From: Pseudomonadota bacterium | GTDB taxonomy: Bacteria > Pseudomonadota > Gammaproteobacteria > Xanthomonadales > SZUA-38 | DNA length: 64,000 nucleotides | Reading direction: 5' to 3' | Assembly: GCA_038747195.1 (NCBI GenBank) | Contig: JBCDKA010000001.1 | Span: forward strand, 139,220 to 203,219 | In this document: positions 50,901 to 59,479 of the stretch, piece after piece | Layout: each line of letters opens with the position of its first letter | Numbering within the stretch: position 1 is the stretch's first letter | Program-made: the position numbers and the translations under genes | Notes under the pieces: generated by a model | What the model saw: only the letters and a program-made list of their open reading frames with translations | What the model was told of the DNA's origin: nothing | Database searches by the model: none

Positions 50901-51122
50901 ACCGTGCTGGGCGCGCTGCCGCTGATTCTGGCCAGCGGCGCTGGCGCGGAAGCGAGGGCTGCCATCGGCTGGGTCATTTTCGGCGGGCTGGGTTTTGCTG
51001 CCTTGTTTACGCTTTATGTGACCCCGGTGATCTACCTGCTCCTCGGGCGCTTCGGCCGCGTCCGTTCCGAGGAGGTTCGCAAGCTGGAGACCGAAATTGC
51101 CCAAGCGCAGCAGGCGCGGTAG
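47997..51122 (+). CDS. RND efflux permease (AcrB/AcrD/AcrF family)
   Basis: IRRPV, FPGASPE, GLVVDDAIVVLEN, MAKNGILVVEFA, RMRPVAMT. Confidence 0.95.
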   Translation: MVDLKSTTGDLPSLAIRRPVLVLVANLLIVIAGLAALGAVEIRELPNVDRPVVSVRAEFPGASPETMDAEVTRILEGAVARVSGLYRLRSASEENSARIFAEFNPGVDLDAAAAEVREAVSRVSRQLPDRVENVFVVKADQDAQPVITVAATSETLSDDALARVVEQDVIPELISIDGVADVTVSGSRRRQLRVVVDPLRLTSFNLSMNDVEEVLREAPFDVPAGSLRSDVQELLVRANASVTTAQQVRELMLTPQVRLDDVANVYFGPADANQYSRLNGLSVIGLGVIRQAGSNTISIAEAVRSRSVQLERQFKDLSLAVTDDSSTFIVKSIRELLISMALTVSIVISTIWIFLGSARATLVPAVTIPVALIGTLAAIWLGGFSVNNLTLLALLLATGLVVDDAIVVLENIQRKASQGMGARAAAVIGTRQVYFAVIATSAVLISVFIPIAFLPGTAGGLFREFGFVLAVAVAISSFVALSLVPAMASRLASTRSASPDSADNSKKRGGLLLSVGSLLKTFYLGTLSAALARPLLALLLALGTAAGAAALYPLLDKELLPNEDRGLVRVRASGPDGVGLGYIEGQTQLIERILEPYRESGEVTDIFTVVGTWDPHRSGVTLPLADWSRRERSQGEIIRELRGKLDNLPGARVSVYGDNSLNLRGQGGGLEFAVTGSDYEEIFEGAKLLAAAITEQSTLVRNPDIGFAPTQPQLAIQIDRQRASELGVELAGLASTLTAAIDGVEVVDLNIDDEAVPLLLEASINQINDPTDLMSLHVSTGDGQLVPLTSLVTVTETGVATQLDRHGQRRAIEVDVDLAAGVPLADAVADIERLAAQALPAGLNLMFRGEAATLEESTRGVAVIYGVALLVVFLVLCAQFEGFMSATVVTLTVPLGVAAALAALFLTGTSINIYSQVGLILLIGLMAKNGILVVEFADQLRDRGMAVKEAIALSAEVRMRPVAMTIVSTVLGALPLILASGAGAEARAAIGWVIFGGLGFAALFTLYVTPVIYLLLGRFGRVRSEEVRKLETEIAQAQQAR

Positions 51123-51141
51123 CAGCGGGTCGGCCCCGATC

Positions 51142-52611
51142 GTGCGTCGACCTGTGGCTCTTGGTAAGCGGTTGCCCGGCGTTTTCTGGTTTCTTGTCGC
51201 GCCACTTTTGTGGGCCAACGATTCGCTGGCAGAGGACTCCGTCGCCGCTTTTTCCCAACGCCTTGCAGCGTTGCAAAGCGCATTTTACGTCCCCGGTCTG
51301 GCGGTAGAGATTGTGGCCGGCGTTGATTCGGAAAGCAGCACGGTGCTGTTTCAGGATTACCTGGGTGATCGAGACCTGGCGAGCAAGCAGGCCGTAACGC
51401 CCGACACCCTGTTTCCACTCGCGTCCCTGACCAAGTTTTACAGCGCCGTGCTGCTGGCGGATCTTGCAGAAGATGGTGCGCTGTCATTCACGGACCCGGT
51501 GAGTCGCTGGCTGCCTGATAGTGGTCTCACCAGTAACGTTCAGCTGCGGCACCTGCTGTCCCACACCTCGCAGGGCGATCCTGGCGAGCAGTTTTACTAT
51601 AGCTTTCGGTTTGGCCTGCTTACGGCAATCGCGCAAAAGGCTGGCGGCAAACCGTTTGGTGAGCTGCTGCAGGAACGGGTGCTGCGGCCGCTGTCGCTGT
51701 CGGATACCCACCTCTACCAGGCGGAGACGCTGTCCGAAGCCGACCGCGAACGCCTGGCCACACCTCACGGCTATGAAGGCCAAAGCCTAGCCTTAGATCA
51801 CGAGTTTGGCGTGTCGGCATCAGCCGGCTTGGTCGCAACACCCCGCGACGTGATCCGCATGGGGCAGGCGCTGCTGCGAAAGGATCTGCTGAGCGACCGA
51901 TCCTGGCGGCAGCTCACCACGCCTTTCGGCCCGGATCTTCCCTACGGTCACGGCATTTTTGTGCAGCAGGTGGCCGGCCAGCAGGTGTTTTGGGCTTACG
52001 GGCAATACGATGGCTTTGCCGGTCTATGGGTGATCGTGCCGGCAAAGCAGCTCCAGCTGGTGGCGCTGGCCAACAACAATCTACTCAGTGACGCGGCGCG
52101 ATTGATCAACGGCGACGTGATGACCTCTCCGCTGATGTTGGCGTTTGTTGAGGGTTTTCTGAACGACGAAGATCAGGGCTTCCCCGCCGCCGAGCAGCGC
52201 GCCAAAGCGGATCTCATGACCAGCGCCTTCCTGGCGCGCTATGACGAGGGTCAGTTCGACAAGGCTCAAAACGCGCTGGAACGGCTGTTGCCCACTCCGG
52301 AGCACTGGTTGAAGCGAGCTGATCTGAACGTCATGCACGCCGTGATGTTTCTGAAAACGGTGGCGTTTCATCGCGAGCTTGAGCTTCGCGCCGACTGGGA
52401 CCCGGAGCTGGCTGCCCTGGGCAAAAAGCTGCTGCAAACGGATCCCCAAAATCCCTACGTCCACTATTACCTCGGCGAGCTCTATGCCGGCGCCGATAAT
52501 CGCGCTCGAGCCGCGGGTCATTTTCGCGCTATTGTTGACGCCGAAAATTTCTCGACCCACTGGTATACGCGGGAAGCTCAAAGCTGGCTCGCATCGCACC
52601 CGGATCAATAA
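51142..52611 (+). CDS. Serine hydrolase (class C beta-lactamase/PBP-like fold) with C-terminal helical/TPR-like segment
   Basis: FPLASLTK (SxxK), LLSHTS, PGEQFYYS, SAGL; hydrophobic N-terminus; start approximate. Confidence 0.85.
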   Translation: MRRPVALGKRLPGVFWFLVAPLLWANDSLAEDSVAAFSQRLAALQSAFYVPGLAVEIVAGVDSESSTVLFQDYLGDRDLASKQAVTPDTLFPLASLTKFYSAVLLADLAEDGALSFTDPVSRWLPDSGLTSNVQLRHLLSHTSQGDPGEQFYYSFRFGLLTAIAQKAGGKPFGELLQERVLRPLSLSDTHLYQAETLSEADRERLATPHGYEGQSLALDHEFGVSASAGLVATPRDVIRMGQALLRKDLLSDRSWRQLTTPFGPDLPYGHGIFVQQVAGQQVFWAYGQYDGFAGLWVIVPAKQLQLVALANNNLLSDAARLINGDVMTSPLMLAFVEGFLNDEDQGFPAAEQRAKADLMTSAFLARYDEGQFDKAQNALERLLPTPEHWLKRADLNVMHAVMFLKTVAFHRELELRADWDPELAALGKKLLQTDPQNPYVHYYLGELYAGADNRARAAGHFRAIVDAENFSTHWYTREAQSWLASHPDQ

Positions 52612-52622
52612 AAGGTTTCTCT

Positions 52623-54437
52623 ATGTCGCTGATCGTTAATCGCCGTGATCTGGATTTTTATCTGGACGAGCTGTTCCAGCTTCCAACCCTGCTCGAAGCT
52701 GAGCGCTACGCTGAATACGATCGCGACACGATCACTGCGGTGCTGGATGCCGCCCAGGCGCTCGCCGAAGAGAAGTTTCAGCCGGTGGCCGCCGCCGCTG
52801 ACGCCAGCGAGCCGGCGTTTGTCGACGGTGAGGTCGAAGTGATTCCCGAAGCGATCGAGGCGCTCGACGCGTTTCGCGAGTCGGGTTTTATGGCGGCGGG
52901 TTTCGATAGCGACATCGGCGGGATGCAGCTTCCCTGGCTGGTCACTCAGGCCATCAGCGGTATCTTTATGTGTGCCAACACGGGCGTGGCCAACTACGCC
53001 TTTCTGACCGCCGCCAACGCCAACCTGCTGAAAACCTGCGGCAACGACGCCCTGAAGGAACGATTCCTGGGTCCCCTGCTGGAAGGACGCTGGTTTGGCA
53101 CGATGTGCCTGTCCGAGACGCAGGCCGGCTCTTCGCTGGGAGATATCCGAACGACCGCGGTGCCGGCGGATGACGGCAGCTATCGCCTGAGCGGTTCGAA
53201 GATGTGGATATCCGGCGGCGACCACAACCTCAGCGAGAACATTGTGCACATGGTGCTGGCGCGTACGCCCGACGCGCCGCCGGGCGTGCGTGGCATCTCG
53301 CTGTTTCTGGTCCCGAAGATCCGTGTCAACGACGACGGCAGCCTGGGTGAATTCAACAACGTGGTCGTGGCCGGGCTGAACCACAAGATGGGCCAGCGGG
53401 GGACCAGCAATTGCCTGCTCAACTTCGGTGAGTCCGGAGACTGCGAGGGTTTTCTCGTCGGCCGCGAGAACGAAGGGCTGGCCAATATGTTCCACATGAT
53501 GAACGAGGCGCGGATCGGCGTTGGGCTTGGCTCGGTGGCCGCTGCGCTGGGTGGCTACCTTTATGCCCTCGACTATGCCCGGGAGCGAGCCCAGGGTCGG
53601 CGGCTGGGGAGCAAAGATCCGACGACCCCGCAGGTCAAGCTGATTGAGCACGCTGACGTCAGACGGCTGCTGATGATACAGAAGGTTTTTGTGGAGGGTG
53701 GGCAAGCGCTGATCTTTTACTGCGCCAGCCTGCTGGATCGACAGAAGCTGACCGAGGATCGCCAGGAACACCAGCGGCTGGCGGCCCTGCTGGAGCTGCT
53801 GACGCCGGTGGCCAAATCGTGGCCATCCGAATATTGCCTGGAGGCTAACAAGCTGGCGATCCAGGTGCTGGGCGGCTATGGCTACACGCGTGACTACCCG
53901 GTGGAGCGGCTGTACCGCGACAATCGTCTCAACGCCATCCACGAAGGGGCCCACGCGATTCATGGGCTGGATATCCTGGGGCGTAAGGTTCGGATGGGAG
54001 AGGGCATTGCGCTGCAGGTGTTGCGTGGCGAGGTTCAGTCGGACCTCAACCTGGCAACGGCCAGGGTTGGCCTAGAGGATCTAGCGCAGGAGCTCGAGTC
54101 GGCGTTGACTCAGGTGGACAAAACGGTTCAGACGGTTACCGCCTGCAGCGATCCTGAGCTGGGCATGGCCAATGCCACGCTGTTCCTGGATGCTTTTGGG
54201 CACGTTGTTGTGGCGTGGCTGTGGTTGCGGCAGGCCCTTGCGGCACAGAGTGCGCTGGACGCGGCGGCAGAAGATGAGGGTTCCGGCCATGACCGCCATT
54301 TTTACGAAGGCAAGCTGGCGGCGTGCCGATTTTTTTTCCGCTACGAGCTGCCAAAAGCTCTGCTGGGGCTGCGCACCGTGGCCAGTCTGGACGATACCTG
54401 CATTCAGGTGCTGCCGGAGCAGTTTACCGGCAGCTAA
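52623..54437 (+). CDS. Acyl-CoA dehydrogenase
   Basis: GTMCLSETQAGS, GSKMWISGG, GISLFLVPK, HKMG, MFHMMNEARIG, QVLGGYGY, RDNRLNAIHEG. Confidence 0.95.
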   Translation: MSLIVNRRDLDFYLDELFQLPTLLEAERYAEYDRDTITAVLDAAQALAEEKFQPVAAAADASEPAFVDGEVEVIPEAIEALDAFRESGFMAAGFDSDIGGMQLPWLVTQAISGIFMCANTGVANYAFLTAANANLLKTCGNDALKERFLGPLLEGRWFGTMCLSETQAGSSLGDIRTTAVPADDGSYRLSGSKMWISGGDHNLSENIVHMVLARTPDAPPGVRGISLFLVPKIRVNDDGSLGEFNNVVVAGLNHKMGQRGTSNCLLNFGESGDCEGFLVGRENEGLANMFHMMNEARIGVGLGSVAAALGGYLYALDYARERAQGRRLGSKDPTTPQVKLIEHADVRRLLMIQKVFVEGGQALIFYCASLLDRQKLTEDRQEHQRLAALLELLTPVAKSWPSEYCLEANKLAIQVLGGYGYTRDYPVERLYRDNRLNAIHEGAHAIHGLDILGRKVRMGEGIALQVLRGEVQSDLNLATARVGLEDLAQELESALTQVDKTVQTVTACSDPELGMANATLFLDAFGHVVVAWLWLRQALAAQSALDAAAEDEGSGHDRHFYEGKLAACRFFFRYELPKALLGLRTVASLDDTCIQVLPEQFTGS

Positions 54438-54499
54438 CTCCGCTTAAGCACAACCATTCCGCCGGCCGTACCGGCGCGAAGAGCGGTCGAGACGGCCAG

Positions 54500-56233
54500 C
54501 TATTTGCGCTCGGGCGCAAAGAGCCCCTTAACCAGGTCGGAGAGATTTTTTGTCGCCAGGTCGCGAAACTCACCCGCGTCAAAAAAGGACCCGGTGCACA
54601 CACTGCACTGCTCAAACCAGATGTGACGCTGGTCTGGGTCCACCATCCGGATCATCTCGCCACTGCAGCGGGGGCAGTCATAGCGGTCGATCACATTGGT
54701 TTTTCGACCTTGGTCGGCGTCGCCTAGATCGATGGTGTCCGCGACGCCTGCGTCGCGCAGCCGCTCAACCTCACCCGCGTCAAACCAAAGCCCCTGACAT
54801 TGACTGCAGCGATCGATCTCGACGCCGTTGACCAGGAGGGCGTCCATGTCGGCCCGGCACTTGGGACAGCGCATGGCTCCGGAGAGAAACAGGCCGGCCT
54901 CACTGCCTCCTAAGCCAACCGTGTAGCGGGATCCTGTGGATCTGCGTGTCGGCTGATCTTCGCTTTCTGCCTCCAGCGATGGCGCGCGATGAAAGAGCAG
55001 AGTAATGATCATCAGGACCACAAACGCGCCCAAAAAGGTATAGCTCTCAACGTAGCTCGCCCTCTCCGCCAGCATGCCGTACACCTTTGAGCCGGCCGAA
55101 TGTCCCAGGTTGGCCACCGACATATAGATCGCAAACTGCGTTGCTGAGATGCTGCTGGAGCAGAGCGCCATCGCGAGCGCGATGACACAGACCATGACTA
55201 CGGGAATCAAGATGATCCAGAGCGACAGCATCACCCGGACGTAGGTGCTGTCCTCCCACAGGTGCTGAGTCTGGGCGATCAAGAATGCGTGGATGGCAAC
55301 CAGCGACACCGTCAGAATCAGCATTCGCTTCGCGCCAAATCGGTCAACCAGCGGTCCGAGCGTCAGCGCAATGCCGGCCCCGACGAGCCCCATCAATGCG
55401 ACCAGCTGGGACCACTCGGGCGTCGTGTAACCAAAAAGATTGACCGCCGCAAAAGGCATCAGCGCCTGGCCGTAGCCGGTCACCAGCCCGTCAACGAACA
55501 TGATGACCATGACCACCAGACTGGCCCGGCTCCAGAGCACCTGGTTGAGGGCTTTGAAAACGGTGCCGAACGAGCCGTCCGGCGCCTGGCCCGCCACGGC
55601 CTCGCCCCGGGACCACGGCAGCCTGCGTTCCCCGGCGCGCTCGGTCACCAGGACAAACATGAGCGCCAGCAGGCCGGCCAGGGAGGCCGCCGCGATGGCC
55701 GTCACTTTCATCCCAAAGGTCGCCAGCAGTACGCCACTCACCGCCGCCGTTGCGCTCCAGCCGGCAGCCTTCCCGAAACTCATAAAAGCGTTCAGTCGGC
55801 CCTGCTCGCGCACCGGCGTCAGGTCGATGCACATGCCGTCGACCGCGACGTCTTGCGTGGCGGCAAAGGTGTTGATCAGGACGCCGAGCACCATCAACAG
55901 TCCCACCTGCTCCGCGGGGTTTTCGATCAGCGTCAGCCCCAGCAGCGAAACCGTCAGGCCCAGCTGCGCGGCCAGCACCCAGGGCTTACGTCGCCCCATG
56001 CTGGGCAGCTGATAACGATCCATCAGCGGGCCGGAAAGCAGCTTGAATGCCCAGGGGAGCACGATGACCGCCAGGTAGGAGCCGACTTCTGCTGCCGTAG
56101 CGCCCTGGCTGGCCATCCATGCCGGCAACGCGATCGCAAGAAGTCCCTGGGGAATCCCTTGGGCGAAATACATGACAGCGCCGGTCACATAACGAATCCG
56201 GGCGCTGTCTGACAGAACGAGGCTGACGGCCAT
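54500..56233 (-). CDS. AmpG-like MFS transporter fused to two C-terminal TFIIB-type zinc ribbons
   Basis: MYFAQGIP, LPWAFK, DRY..GRRKPW, ATQDVAVDG, ATQFAIYMS; then CPKC...CSQCQGLWFDAGE and CPRC...CSVCTGSFFDAGE in the same frame. Confidence 0.88.
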   Translation of the reverse strand: MAVSLVLSDSARIRYVTGAVMYFAQGIPQGLLAIALPAWMASQGATAAEVGSYLAVIVLPWAFKLLSGPLMDRYQLPSMGRRKPWVLAAQLGLTVSLLGLTLIENPAEQVGLLMVLGVLINTFAATQDVAVDGMCIDLTPVREQGRLNAFMSFGKAAGWSATAAVSGVLLATFGMKVTAIAAASLAGLLALMFVLVTERAGERRLPWSRGEAVAGQAPDGSFGTVFKALNQVLWSRASLVVMVIMFVDGLVTGYGQALMPFAAVNLFGYTTPEWSQLVALMGLVGAGIALTLGPLVDRFGAKRMLILTVSLVAIHAFLIAQTQHLWEDSTYVRVMLSLWIILIPVVMVCVIALAMALCSSSISATQFAIYMSVANLGHSAGSKVYGMLAERASYVESYTFLGAFVVLMIITLLFHRAPSLEAESEDQPTRRSTGSRYTVGLGGSEAGLFLSGAMRCPKCRADMDALLVNGVEIDRCSQCQGLWFDAGEVERLRDAGVADTIDLGDADQGRKTNVIDRYDCPRCSGEMIRMVDPDQRHIWFEQCSVCTGSFFDAGEFRDLATKNLSDLVKGLFAPERK

Positions 56234-56410
56234 AGTTTTTTTGGTTTGGTTATTCAGGCCAGCGTCGATATTAGCGAATATCCTTCGCGAAGGCCGCCGG
56301 CAAGAAAGGTAAGGGACATTGGGGATTTATGCCCTTGGGATAGTGCCGATCGGAAGGTTGCGCTCACGGATTGCAGTGGGCATATTGAAGCGGCCCTCGC
56401 TGGAAGCCCA

Positions 56411-57880
56411 ATGCCCCAACTCAAAAGACACCTCGGTCTGCTGGGACTGACCGCCACCGGCATTTGCGCCATGCTGGGAGCGTCCATCAACGTAGTACCG
56501 TTTATGGTGCACCGCAGCGTTCCGGGGATCGGTCAATACGTTTTGCCGGCGTTTGTCTTTGCCGCCATTCCGGCGGTGTTTGCGGCTTTTGCGTACGCCA
56601 CGCTCGCCTCGGCCATGCCGCGGCCCGGCGGCAGCTACCTTTACGCAAGCCGCGGCCTGAGTCCGTACCTGGGCTTTATCGCCAGCTTCTCCCAGTGGTT
56701 TGGGCTTTCCATCGTGATCGGCGTCATCGCGTATGTCATTGTGCCGTTTTTGTGGGACATCGCTGCGGCCCTCGGCTGGTCGGACCTTGCTGCTGAACTG
56801 CAGCTTGGCTCGGTTCGAGTAAGCCTCGCGCTTGGCCTCATCTGGGTTTTTGTGTTGATCAACGTGCTGGGCGTCAAGCTTTATGCGCGCACGCTGGTCC
56901 CGATGATGTTCCTCATGTTCGGCCTCGGTTTGATCGTGATCGTCGCGGGTTTCTGGTTTAACCACGGCGACTTCTCCGTCGCAGCCCTGGCGCGGGACAG
57001 ACAGGCTGTGAGCGATGAGCCGGATGCCCCCTGGCGCTGGATGACATTCCTATCGGCGGCAGCGCTGATGTTTTCCAGCTTCATTGGCTTCGACGCGATT
57101 GCCCAGGCGGGCGGCGAGGCTCGTAAGCCGTCCCGCAATCTGCCGCTGGCCATCCTGCTGGCTATCACCGCAGTCGGCGCTTTTTATTTCCTGTTTGCCG
57201 CGGCGGTATATCACGCGGTCCCCTGGTGGTACGTCGCTGAGCAGGCCCAGGCCCGGGATATTTCGGCGCCCGGCCTGCTGGCCTATCTGCTGCCGACCGG
57301 TCTTGGCGCCGCGATCCTGGCCGGCGCGGCGGTCGCACTGATCAACGACCTGCCGGCCATGCTGCTCGCGGTTTCGCGCCTCATGTTCGCCTGGGCGGAG
57401 GACGGAATCTTTCCCCGCGGCGTGGCGAAGGTGCACTCCCGATTTCATACCCCGCACATTGCTCTGGTGCTGAGCGGCGTCATTGCGAGCGTTGGTGTCC
57501 TGGGGAGCCACTTCGCCGGAGATTTTTTTCTGGGTATCGACATTATGGTGACGGCGATGCTCGTGAACTTCCTGCTGATGTGCGTGACGGTGCTGACGCT
57601 GCCCCGGGTCAACGCCCGGCTTGCCGGTGAGATCACCGCGCTGACTTCACGCCTGTCTCAGCAGGTTGTGGGTATCGGCGGAGTGCTCCTGCTGACCGGC
57701 TTTCTGGTCATCCACGTTTGGAAAGACCTCAGCGGTGAGGTAAGCGCCTGGTACTTCCACTCCACCTGGGTTTGGCTGCTGGTGATGGGGCTGGGCACCA
57801 CCGTCTTCGTTTTCCGTCGAGCTCTCCAGATCCGTGCCGGCGATGATTGGCGGGCCCGATTCTCGCAGCTGCCCGACTGA
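56411..57880 (+). CDS. APC-family amino acid/polyamine permease
   Basis: LKRHLG, GASI, LASAMPRPGGSY, FIGFDAIAQAGGE, SRLMFAWAEDG, TPH. Confidence 0.92.
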   Translation: MPQLKRHLGLLGLTATGICAMLGASINVVPFMVHRSVPGIGQYVLPAFVFAAIPAVFAAFAYATLASAMPRPGGSYLYASRGLSPYLGFIASFSQWFGLSIVIGVIAYVIVPFLWDIAAALGWSDLAAELQLGSVRVSLALGLIWVFVLINVLGVKLYARTLVPMMFLMFGLGLIVIVAGFWFNHGDFSVAALARDRQAVSDEPDAPWRWMTFLSAAALMFSSFIGFDAIAQAGGEARKPSRNLPLAILLAITAVGAFYFLFAAAVYHAVPWWYVAEQAQARDISAPGLLAYLLPTGLGAAILAGAAVALINDLPAMLLAVSRLMFAWAEDGIFPRGVAKVHSRFHTPHIALVLSGVIASVGVLGSHFAGDFFLGIDIMVTAMLVNFLLMCVTVLTLPRVNARLAGEITALTSRLSQQVVGIGGVLLLTGFLVIHVWKDLSGEVSAWYFHSTWVWLLVMGLGTTVFVFRRALQIRAGDDWRARFSQLPD

Positions 57881-57882
57881 TT

Positions 57883-59376
57883 TTGGCTTCGGGAATCACA
57901 CCGTCGAGGGCAGCCAGCGCGGTTGAGACCACCGAACTGGCGCCGGGTCTCGTTATTTCGCGGGTCCTCAATGGGCTTTGGCAGATCGCTGACCTTGAGC
58001 GCGACGGTCAGACGCTCGACCCGGAGGCGGCAGCCAATCATATGGCCCCGTTCGTCGAAGGCGGATTCAGTACGTTTGATATGGCCGACCACTATGGTTC
58101 TGCCGAAATCATCGCCGGGCATTTCCGCGCGACACACCCGTTGGGTAACGCCTCCCAGCTGCTCACAAAATGGGTGCCCAAGCCTGGTGCCACATCCCGG
58201 GAAGAGGTACGCCGCGCCGTCGAGCGTTCGTTGACGCGGCTAAAGACCGAGCGCCTCGATCTTCTGCAATATCACGCCTGGCATTACCCAGACCCCTCGT
58301 GGCTCGACGCGCTGTCCTACCTGGCAGAGTTGCAGCAAGAAGGACTCATCGGGGCGCTGGGCGTGACAAACTTTGATGCGGCGCATCTACGCATCGCCTT
58401 GGCGAGCGGTCTGCCGATTGTCAGCAACCAGCTGAGTTTCTCCCTGATCGATCAGCGGGCAGCCGGCGCAATGAGCGAAGTGTGCAGCGAATCTGGGGTG
58501 CGCCTGCTGGCCTACGGCACCCTGGCGGGTGGGTTTCTATCCGAACGCTGGCTCGGTCAGCCGGAACCTGCCAATCCGACGACCTGGTCGCAGATGAAAT
58601 ACAAGCGGTTTATCGACGCCGGGGGCGGTTGGCAGGCGTTCCAGGGTCTGCTGCGCACCGCGGTTGCCGTGGCTCATCGTCATCAGGTCAGTGTTCCGGT
58701 GTTGGCCAGCCGCTACATGCTCGACCAGCCGGCTGTCGCCGGCGTTATTCTCGGCGCGCGTCTCGGCCAGGGCGATCACCTGGCGGAAAACCGACAGATC
58801 TTTACCCTTTCGCTGACTGACGCAGATCGGGCGGCGCTGGCGCAGGCGCTGGAACAGTTCGGACCCATTCCGGGCAATTGCGGTGACGAATACCGCAAGC
58901 CGCCTTTTCTGACGGCAGCGGGAGATCTGAGTGATCACCTGGAGGACGTGCCCAAGGTCTTTGTCTCGGAGGTGGACGCTGCCGGCCGACATCGCGTCTT
59001 CAGCGGTACGTCCTGGGAGCCATTGGCAGGGTACTGTCGCGCGGTTCGAGTTGGGGATCGGATACTGATATCGGGCACAACGGCCACGCACGGAGATCAG
59101 GTGATCGGCGAGGGCGACCCTGCCGCCCAGACCCACTTTGTCATCGATAAGATCGAGGCCGCCATCGAGTCGCTGGGCGGTCGGCTGGAAGACGTGGTGC
59201 GCACCCGCGTCTTTGTCGCGGACGCGGAGCAATGGGAGCCGGTGGCCCGAGCTCACGGCGAGCGTTTTGCTGAGATCCGCCCGGCCAACACGCTGGTCGA
59301 GGCGCGCCTGATCGGCGACCCTTACCTGGTCGAAATTGAAGCTGAGGCGATCGTCAGCGTCGAGTTACCAGACTGA
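57883..59376 (+). CDS. Aldo/keto reductase fused to a C-terminal Rid (YjgF/YER057c/UK114) domain
   Basis: GLWQ, FDMADHYG, TKW, LDLLQYH, GVTNF, YGTLAGG; then SGTSWEPLAGYCRAVRVG..ISGTT..VVRTR..LVEIEAEA; start uncertain (TTG 57847 or 57883). Confidence 0.9.
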   Translation: MASGITPSRAASAVETTELAPGLVISRVLNGLWQIADLERDGQTLDPEAAANHMAPFVEGGFSTFDMADHYGSAEIIAGHFRATHPLGNASQLLTKWVPKPGATSREEVRRAVERSLTRLKTERLDLLQYHAWHYPDPSWLDALSYLAELQQEGLIGALGVTNFDAAHLRIALASGLPIVSNQLSFSLIDQRAAGAMSEVCSESGVRLLAYGTLAGGFLSERWLGQPEPANPTTWSQMKYKRFIDAGGGWQAFQGLLRTAVAVAHRHQVSVPVLASRYMLDQPAVAGVILGARLGQGDHLAENRQIFTLSLTDADRAALAQALEQFGPIPGNCGDEYRKPPFLTAAGDLSDHLEDVPKVFVSEVDAAGRHRVFSGTSWEPLAGYCRAVRVGDRILISGTTATHGDQVIGEGDPAAQTHFVIDKIEAAIESLGGRLEDVVRTRVFVADAEQWEPVARAHGERFAEIRPANTLVEARLIGDPYLVEIEAEAIVSVELPD

Positions 59377-59479
59377 GTTTCCATGGAACCGGTCAAGCGG
59401 CTTGGACTGGCCGCATTTTGGTGTGTGTGCTCTAGAACCATGGTCTAAGCTCGCGGATCATTGGTTCGAAACAAGCCTC

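Noticed and set aside
52605..53963. 452 aa minus-strand ORF
   Set aside because: Mirror of the acyl-CoA dehydrogenase; no independent coding evidence
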